DNA from: a virus
DNA: 64,000 nucleotides
Direction: 5' to 3' (one strand)
IMG/VR virus record: IMGVR_UViG_3300045974_000067
Span: 5,714 to 69,713 of that record
The first letter of the stretch is position 1; each line of letters starts with the position of its first letter. Below are positions 57,480 through 64,000 of this stretch, piece by piece. A model generated the notes under the pieces. It made no database searches, was not told the origin of the DNA, and saw only the letters and a program-made list of their open reading frames with translations. The position numbers and the translations under genes were made by a program.

Positions 57480-58406
57480 TTACATACTCCTGAAATCTAT
57501 AGGATCACGCCAACCTACAAATCTAGGGAATCTCGGCATCTCTTTCACACCGTGGGTAAAGTGTCTAAACTTTAAAATCTTACCATAGTAGTCTTCATGA
57601 TTCTGCCACACGTGCAATCTTTCATCATGCTTCATACATCCTGGCGCGATCTCTAATAGTTGACCTTTATAGTCAGCTAAAATTTTACCCATAGTACCAG
57701 CTGATACCATTCCAGATTTCATTGTAGAACGCTTAGCCATACCTAGATTACTTCTGACGTCTAGATTCATATTCTCTAATTGTTCACCAAAGCCTACAAC
57801 TACAGCTTCGTCATCTTGAAATCTTTTAAGCTTGTAAATTAGACCTTCTTTAAATGTTCCTCTACCATGCTTATATCTACCAAAAGGAGCTCGCATGATA
57901 AGACCTTCATAGCCTTGCTTTAGTACAACTTCTTCATAGAACAATAACTCGTCTAGATCTCTACATAATTGATGCTCTACAATTGTTACATTTGAAAATG
58001 GATATTCTTTTTTATAGTCATCTACTAAGAATCGAGCTGCTTCAAAACGCTCATAAAAAGGTTTATCTGCTAGACTTAAATCAGCACAATCAAATACTCT
58101 AAACTGAAAATCTGGAGTTGGTTTATCTTCAGACATTACAAATGATTGTGTACGATTATATACATCAAAGTCTGATTCGTTACCTACAATAATCTCACCG
58201 TCTAACTCAGCAAATCCACTGAATAGATTCTGTACATATTTTGAAGGTAGATCTATATAACTCCTACTCTTGCATGCATTATCTTTTACTATGCAACGAA
58301 TACCATCAAGCTTAACAGAACACAGTAATGGAAATCTTAGATTTTTAAAGTAATCTGGATCCCTAAGCGGATCTGTATTTGGGCAAAGCATCGGCTTGAA
58401 TTGCAT
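57480..58406 (-). CDS. ATP-dependent DNA ligase
   Basis: KLDGIR (motif I), LDGEI, F.VFD, EGLIMR, KLK, PRFP. Confidence 0.93.
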   Translation of the reverse strand: MQFKPMLCPNTDPLRDPDYFKNLRFPLLCSVKLDGIRCIVKDNACKSRSYIDLPSKYVQNLFSGFAELDGEIIVGNESDFDVYNRTQSFVMSEDKPTPDFQFRVFDCADLSLADKPFYERFEAARFLVDDYKKEYPFSNVTIVEHQLCRDLDELLFYEEVVLKQGYEGLIMRAPFGRYKHGRGTFKEGLIYKLKRFQDDEAVVVGFGEQLENMNLDVRSNLGMAKRSTMKSGMVSAGTMGKILADYKGQLLEIAPGCMKHDERLHVWQNHEDYYGKILKFRHFTHGVKEMPRFPRFVGWRDPIDFRSM

Positions 58407-58635
58407 CTTTAGCTTCCTCCTCATTCAAAAACCAATCTTGACAATTGAATTCATTAATATAAAAGTTTTCATAAAGGCCATATTTAACTGGCTGTTTAAA
58501 AGCTAATTGATCAATCTTCCAAGTACAACATTTACCTGTTAAACGAACGCTAACAGGATTACCTCTGTAATCTGTTCGTTTACCATATAAGATACCACTT
58601 CCTGCGAGTTCCAATAATTGGTCTTTAGATATCAT
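58363..58635 (-). CDS. Hypothetical protein
   Basis: R.TGK..TWK....F..PVKYGL pattern. Confidence 0.6.
   Translation of the reverse strand: MISKDQLLELAGSGILYGKRTDYRGNPVSVRLTGKCCTWKIDQLAFKQPVKYGLYENFYINEFNCQDWFLNEEEAKDAIQADALPKYRSA
58586..58606 (-). promoter_or_regulatory. Class B-like motif within coding sequence, upstream of ligase
   Basis: TATAAGATACCACTTCCTGCG keeps core and terminal TGCG spacing. Confidence 0.45.
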
Positions 58636-59025
58636 CTATTTGCCATCCATCTAATTTAGCACGTTGCATCCATAAGTCTGATAATTTATAATATCGTTCA
58701 GCCTCTTTAAGATCTCCATCTAAAGCCGCTAAGGAACCTAACTCTGAATACTGATTTGATTTAGTAATACATTCTTCTATACTATAGAATTTACTCATTT
58801 TAGTATCAGCCTACAAAATAAAATAATATAAGAATTATCCATAAATGAATCATTTCATAATTACTCATTTATTTTCTGCATCCATTTCAATTTTCAACAT
58901 CTCTAAAACACCAATCAATTCACAGACCCTTAAATCGTTGTAGCAGGGTTTGTATATGACGGCACGAATTTCCTGTATTAGCTTCTCCGCTGGCCCATCA
59001 GCGAACTTGAATCGGATTATGTTGC

Positions 59026-59223
59026 TCATGATTTCGCCTCCCGATACAGTTCAATGAATTGCCCCATTTCATTACGCCCATAGCTTCGCGGCTCCTTCTC
59101 GCAGAGCGTGTAGTTCTGCTTGATGTGGGCGATAGCGGCTTGCCAGATATCTCGTTCTGATACACCGGGCAAGTGCTTTGTCTTGTTGCGCCACGCTTCG
59201 AATGCCTCTTGATCTGCGCTCAT
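59026..59223 (-). CDS. Hypothetical protein in higher-GC block
   Basis: Start MSADQ with ATGA overlap; EAFEAW...IWQAA pattern. Confidence 0.6.
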   Translation of the reverse strand: MSADQEAFEAWRNKTKHLPGVSERDIWQAAIAHIKQNYTLCEKEPRSYGRNEMGQFIELYREAKS

Positions 59224-59927
59224 TTCCCGTTCCTCCATTTTCCCCCTCGGTAGTCCAATACCCCAAGCGTTACATCGTCCAACTGTTGTCCGGTCATCCA
59301 ACTTCCGGGGCATTCGGTTGGCATCGCAGCTTCTGCGCCTCCGCACACTTTGCAAAGGTCTAGGACAACTATGCCATTCCTGTCGACAATCGCTTCAGGC
59401 ACGCCTTGATCTTCGGTCATATAAAGATTATGTTCCGCGCTCATTTCCCCCGGCTCCTTGACAGCTTCCGCCGCCCTGTTGATCGCCTTGATCGTGGCGG
59501 CGAGGGGGTCGCCTCCCATGTCGTAAGCAGCAACCGTTAAGAACCCATCAAGCAGGTCTAATTGCACCGCAGTCTTGAGGGCTTCGGCAGCGGGGCGCAG
59601 GGCCATTACGTCGCTACAATGTAGCTGCGTAAGTGCAGTGATCGCACCTTTCAGTTTCTCGTTCTCTTGACGCAAGGACTCCAACTCATCCATCGCCATC
59701 ATCTTCATCTCGACCTGCGCTGAGTAAGCGGCTTTGAGGGAGGCGAGTTCCTTCCGCAGCTTCAGCACTTCCAGCACATGCCCTTGTATCTGCTGCTCAA
59801 GGGACTTGGTGATCTGGAACTGGAACATTTCGCCGTCTACGAAACCTATCTCGTAGTAGTCCTTGCAATGCTGCGGCAGATTCTCGCCGTCAGGGTAACG
59901 CTTTAGGAATGCTTCTAGGGCGCTCAT
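59220..59927 (-). CDS. Coiled-coil protein with C-terminal Cys motif (CKVCGGAE...TECPG)
   Basis: Start MSALE after AGGAG; GC-rich codons. Confidence 0.65.
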   Translation of the reverse strand: MSALEAFLKRYPDGENLPQHCKDYYEIGFVDGEMFQFQITKSLEQQIQGHVLEVLKLRKELASLKAAYSAQVEMKMMAMDELESLRQENEKLKGAITALTQLHCSDVMALRPAAEALKTAVQLDLLDGFLTVAAYDMGGDPLAATIKAINRAAEAVKEPGEMSAEHNLYMTEDQGVPEAIVDRNGIVVLDLCKVCGGAEAAMPTECPGSWMTGQQLDDVTLGVLDYRGGKWRNGK

Positions 59928-60182
59928 TTCATTCTCTCCTTGATATTCCTTAGTTGATCGGCAATACACATCAAGGCGTTATTGACACCCAGTAGGGAAC
60001 ATGAAATCGCTAATGAGCAAACAGCAATAATGAGACAGAGTTCAATCATTTTCCCTTCTCCACACAGATAGTTTTCCTATCATAAACCGCCATGATCCTC
60101 ACCCTTGCTGCTTCGCAGGCTGCTTGGGAGTTGAATTCAATTAGGGCCAGTAAGGGTTGTTGCAGAAATAATAGGTACCAGA

Positions 60183-60512
60183 TCATTTTAACATTTCCTT
60201 TAATTTATCACGCTCAACAATAACCTCCATTAGCCGCTTATGAATATTCTTTCGTTTCTCCTCTACATCAACTAATTGCTCAGCCATTCTTGCAGCATGT
60301 GATTCATGTTCTCGAACTTCAGCTTCTAATACAGTAAGTCTATCCAGCAAGTGATCAGTAGGTGGAATTAACGAATTACTTTTTAGCTGTTCACGTTCAC
60401 CTATTAACAAATTCATTTTAATAGTTAAATCATCAACTACTGATTTCCAAAATTCAGATTTAGCATTAGCTGCAGCTATCTCTGCATTTTCTTCTTGCTG
60501 TATAGTAGGCAT
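60183..60512 (-). CDS. Hypothetical coiled-coil protein
   Basis: ORF track; AGGAG RBS. Confidence 0.6.
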   Translation of the reverse strand: MPTIQQEENAEIAAANAKSEFWKSVVDDLTIKMNLLIGEREQLKSNSLIPPTDHLLDRLTVLEAEVREHESHAARMAEQLVDVEEKRKNIHKRLMEVIVERDKLKEMLK

Positions 60513-60761
60513 TTATTTCTCCTGTTTAAGAAGATTTAATTCCTTAGTCAATTTCCTAACCTTCAAACGTTCTCTTTCAATTGCCTCTTGTGCTTCTTTA
60601 TTATACCATTGCAGCATTTTAATTGTTTCTCTTAATTTAGAATTCTCGTCATAATAGTTTTCACGTTGTTCTTTACGCAACATATCTGCTTGTTCATATG
60701 CTCTTTCAGCATATCCTTCTCTCTTGTGTGGTGGTAAATCTTCATTTTCAAACATGCTCAT
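60513..60761 (-). CDS. Hypothetical protein
   Basis: Start after GGAGGAG. Confidence 0.6.
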   Translation of the reverse strand: MSMFENEDLPPHKREGYAERAYEQADMLRKEQRENYYDENSKLRETIKMLQWYNKEAQEAIERERLKVRKLTKELNLLKQEK

Positions 60762-61083
60762 CTCCTCCGCCATAGTTTTCATCAGTACCAAATCCAGCAC
60801 TAGTCATAGCACTATCAAAATCACCATCCATAGAATCATCATAATTATCATCTAGGACTGGTACAGATCTTTCTAGCTTCAATTCCATAAATGCTGAAGA
60901 TAACTCATTAAGTGTACACTCAACTTCTTCTTGTGTTACATACCCATTAATCATATCATCATTTTCTAGTGCACGAAGCATAGCATCAATCAATACAAAA
61001 GCACTTCCAATAGCTATCTCTTTATCAGTGCACTCTCCGCATTGCTTTTCACAATTTAACTTAGTGCATAGTGAGATACTCAT
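60748..61083 (-). CDS. Hypothetical protein with acidic DGDFDSAM.SAGFGTDE.YG tail
   Basis: Start MSIS after GGAGGAG. Confidence 0.6.
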   Translation of the reverse strand: MSISLCTKLNCEKQCGECTDKEIAIGSAFVLIDAMLRALENDDMINGYVTQEEVECTLNELSSAFMELKLERSVPVLDDNYDDSMDGDFDSAMTSAGFGTDENYGGGDEHV

Positions 61084-61099
61084 AACTCCTCCAAAAGAA

Positions 61100-61127
61100 T
61101 TAAAAAGCCCCATTTACTCGGGGCTTT
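61100..61127 (-). terminator. Rho-independent terminator
   Basis: AAAGCCCC/GGGGCUUU stem then UU. Confidence 0.7.
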
Positions 61128-61135
61128 ATTGTTGA

Positions 61136-61642
61136 TCATTTATCTCTAAAGAACTCACCATGTATTTCTTTTGCTACGTCACACCATGCTAAATGCGCTG
61201 AATACTCATCTTTAAAATTACCAATGTATTTAACTCTTTCATTTATTCTAATAGATGCTCTCCAACTATTACTTTGTTTATTCCAATGTACACCCTTATA
61301 AATACTAGATTTGTTTTCTCTTTTGCTAGAATTAAGAAGATTTTGAGAATGTGTTGCTAACCTTAAATTTGAGATTCTATTATTTAAAGGATCATTATCA
61401 ATATGGTCTACTATGAAATTTTCAGGAATATTATTTCCAAATAGTATCCAAACTAAATTATGAATTCTATATAATTTTTCATTTATTTGAACAACCCAAT
61501 GACCTTTCTTATTAGGACTTCCAGCTAGAGTACCAGCAATTCTATTAGAAACAGTATTTTTCCATAGTAATCCACCGGTTACTTCGCTATATACAAATAA
61601 GCTATCTATTTCATCTTTATTTAATAAATTAATTATCTTCAT
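61136..61642 (-). CDS. HNH endonuclease with AP2 domain
   Basis: IHNLVW...VDHIDNDPLNNRISNLRLAT..QN; SIYKGVHW...WRASI...IG.F.....A; ATGA overlap with nrdJ stop. Confidence 0.9.
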   Translation of the reverse strand: MKIINLLNKDEIDSLFVYSEVTGGLLWKNTVSNRIAGTLAGSPNKKGHWVVQINEKLYRIHNLVWILFGNNIPENFIVDHIDNDPLNNRISNLRLATHSQNLLNSSKRENKSSIYKGVHWNKQSNSWRASIRINERVKYIGNFKDEYSAHLAWCDVAKEIHGEFFRDK

Positions 61643-62522
61643 TTTACAGGACACGTCCCCGATACACATTCATCTGCACCTTCAAATTCAGCATTTAATA
61701 CAGTTGTTATAATACGAGTCTTTTTCACAAGATTATCATACTTTTCTTTAGTAATAGTTTCATAAGGAGCTTGAGCAAAACCATGTTCAGAGTGCAGTAA
61801 GAAAGATAAACTCTTATGATTCTTACTATAATGTCTGGACAAGTAGTCCTTAATAGCAGGTAATTCTTCTTTCTTATAATACACTGTGCATGATACAGCA
61901 TTATCAGACCAAACTTCTTGCATTTGTTTAACTACTTTTAATTGTTCCAAAGCAGTCATATCTTTAGCAAGTACTGTGCCCTCTGGATATGCAAATGGGA
62001 ATGTTACAACTACTGTACCATAGTCTTCTGTGCCATCAAAGTTCTTCTGGTACTCTACTGGATATCCATGATCTTTGCATACTTTAACTAACGAATGATC
62101 TGCAGAAATCCGTATTCTACGATACATATACTGAGCGTAGCCAGGGTGTATACCAGCAGTAACCCCAGGCAATAGAGAAAGAGTCCCGCTAGGTTGGATT
62201 GTTGTGAGTTTGATTGATTTGTTGAATCCATGGATTTCACTATACCTATTATCAAAGTCTCTGAGATATTTATAGCATTCATCTAGCCAACTTAGTTGTT
62301 CCTTAGAGCATTGAAGAATGCCGCTTAATGAGATACCCATACGCTGGTTCTTCTTGACAACTGCATCAGTTTCAGGATGGTGTGCTGATAATTGTAATGA
62401 GTGTTTATTTATACGATATAATAGTGTTGCAACATCAAATAGTTCTTCTTTAGATTTAATATTAGGTAGAAAGATTGTAGCTAAACAGCATGTCTCGTAT
62501 GGCTCTAATGATTGTTCTGCAC
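61639..62522 (-). CDS. nrdJ: Class II (B12-dependent) ribonucleotide reductase, exon 2
   Basis: (C)AEQSLEPYETCCL, RMGIS.SG, TTIQPSGTLS, WSDNAVSCTV, QAPYE, C-terminal CVSGTCP. Confidence 0.9.
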
Positions 62523-63331
62523 CGTTATTGTTAAAAATGATTGGTCATTTCTGCCAATCTCTATATGTTACCATATAGACCAGACTATATCATCATCCAA
62601 TTTCTTGGAGCTTATCGTCCGATTTTGTACTGAAATGATGGAAGAATAAATGGACTTATAATATCTTCAAACATTGAAGAGAAAGAATTAGGTACTGCTA
62701 AATCAAACCTTGCACCTTTCTTTCTTGTATTAATTTCAAGTCCAAATGTATCTTTTAGGCTATCTTTAATCAACATTAGATCACCATAGCTAAGATTATT
62801 AAAATGTAATCTGTAACTAGGTTTAGAATTTTCCCAACGTTTATCTTGATACCTACTACCATCAGCCATAAATGCTATTGCAAGAAACTCAGCATCCATA
62901 AATGTTAACATATGCGGATCTACAACCTTATGACCCTCAATATACATTCTTTCATGAATCTTAGTAAATATTGGATGGTTGAAGCTTTGAAGTCTTATTT
63001 GCTGTTGACGATTAAATCCGTCTTTCGTATAGATTGTTGGAAGAGATTTTTTATAACCTAGTGGAATCTCGTTTAAACTCTCTATTACTTTATCAATATA
63101 ATCTTCATTCTTCTCAATCATATTTACGACCAGACATCCATTTATTGAATCTCCAGGAAACATAACATGACCATCAAACATTGCAAAAGCATACAAGCGT
63201 TTATTCAGATCTTTAATCATAGTCGTTACACCTCTCATAGCGAGTTGGTACGGTATTGACCCTAAGGTTATTCACCGTGTTTAGATAAGTTAAATTCGAT
63301 TTACATTACTGTAAAAAGCCGCTAGCAATTA
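62523..63331 (-). ncRNA. Group I intron (809 nt) in nrdJ, carrying a homing endonuclease
   Basis: Exon AAUCCGU pairs with IGS GCGG (U-G); P7 AACGACUAU; S element GAUGAUAUAGUCUGG; terminal G; splicing restores T|GT of the NPCAEQ catalytic Cys. Confidence 0.92.
62612..63220 (-). CDS. Intron-encoded LAGLIDADG homing endonuclease (two-motif)
   Basis: LYAFAMFDG and LAIAFMADG motifs; lies between P7 and S element (P8 loop). Confidence 0.85.
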   Translation of the reverse strand: MIKDLNKRLYAFAMFDGHVMFPGDSINGCLVVNMIEKNEDYIDKVIESLNEIPLGYKKSLPTIYTKDGFNRQQQIRLQSFNHPIFTKIHERMYIEGHKVVDPHMLTFMDAEFLAIAFMADGSRYQDKRWENSKPSYRLHFNNLSYGDLMLIKDSLKDTFGLEINTRKKGARFDLAVPNSFSSMFEDIISPFILPSFQYKIGR

Positions 63332-64000
63332 ACGGATTATAACCCTGTACATCTGGATCAGGATACTCAGTTTCACCTAATCTTCCCACTCGTCTTGATA
63401 ATTTGAGGTTGATAAGTCCGAATGGCTCGCCCTTACCCTCGTAACCATGCCAGAAGTATTCGTGAAGATCTCTAATGTCATCGCAGACAACACTATTGTT
63501 CGACATAGCTCTCCAGGATGGTATGTTGCCAAGATCCCAGCACTTACTAAGCAAGAATTCAACGTCATCACAATCTCCAATGGCTATCTGGGCTGAACGT
63601 CTAACATTACCTGCTACAATAATTGCTCCAATGATGTTCATAATATCTAAACAATCAATTGGTCTTACTTTCTTTCCACTCCTCCTGATAAGGATTTCAC
63701 TAATTTTTCCAATTCCCCAACACAAGTCCTCTGGCCCTGAAGCAACTCCTCCGAAGCCTTTAATAGGAGTTCCTTTGCCCCTGACGACTTGAGTTGAATA
63801 AGTAAAGCTTCCCTTCTCTTTTCGCTCGCTAAGGAATGCTGCTTTAAGAGTCTTAGCAAGGAACCTAACCCAACCTTCTCTTGAATCAGGTATGATGAAA
63901 TCAGCTCCACCGTTATCAACTCTTGTTGGAGCTGTAAACCACTCTCGGACTTCAGGTAGCTTATCGACATGTTTCCTTTGGATATTATATCCAACTCCAG
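63332..64000 (-). CDS. nrdJ: Class II ribonucleotide reductase, exon 1 (5' end outside window)
   Basis: GVGYN...IPDSREGWV...G.PIKGFGGVASGP...IVAGNVRRSA...SNNSV...GEP...GYNP. Confidence 0.9.

Noticed and set aside
63665-63994. 109-aa ORF from the track
   Set aside because: Alternative frame overlapping nrdJ exon 1, which carries the conserved motifs in another frame
1-64000. Alternative genetic code or temperate lifestyle
   Set aside because: Genes are full length under the standard code apart from the two introns; no integrase or repressor is recognisable in this window, though the rest of the genome is unseen

Overview
This window is an internal 64-kb segment of an AT-rich, apparently lytic, long-tailed (siphovirus-type) dsDNA bacteriophage. 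Essentially all genes lie on the minus strand. Read in transcription order (right to left), it holds: a class II ribonucleotide reductase split by a LAGLIDADG-carrying group I intron; an early/accessory region (ATP-dependent DNA ligase, nucleotidyltransferase-like and DHH phosphoesterase genes, many small ORFs, and gene-free structured stretches); a complete morphogenesis block (terminase, portal, scaffold, capsid, neck, tail, SLT-bearing tape measure, tail tip, mosaic tail fibre); holin and SleB-like hydrolase; a T7-type RNA polymerase; and replication genes (SSB, family A DNA polymerase, 5'-3' exonuclease) with free-standing HNH nucleases and tRNA-Leu(UAA). Main points of interest: (1) a second T7-type RNA polymerase fused to a MuF/gp7-type head protein between portal and scaffold, whose catalytic motif B is split by a 294-nt ORF-less group I intron, a candidate virion-packaged polymerase; (2) two distinct recurring promoter-like motifs, plausibly one per polymerase; (3) a ~460-nt ORF-free, multi-pseudoknot candidate ncRNA (50812-51270) and a ~137-nt pseudoknotted small RNA with its own promoter and terminator; (4) a SET-domain methyltransferase translationally coupled to an unannotated 14-aa histone-tail-like peptide in the packaging operon. 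All calls come from reading motifs by eye; no searches were run, so novelty is unverified.
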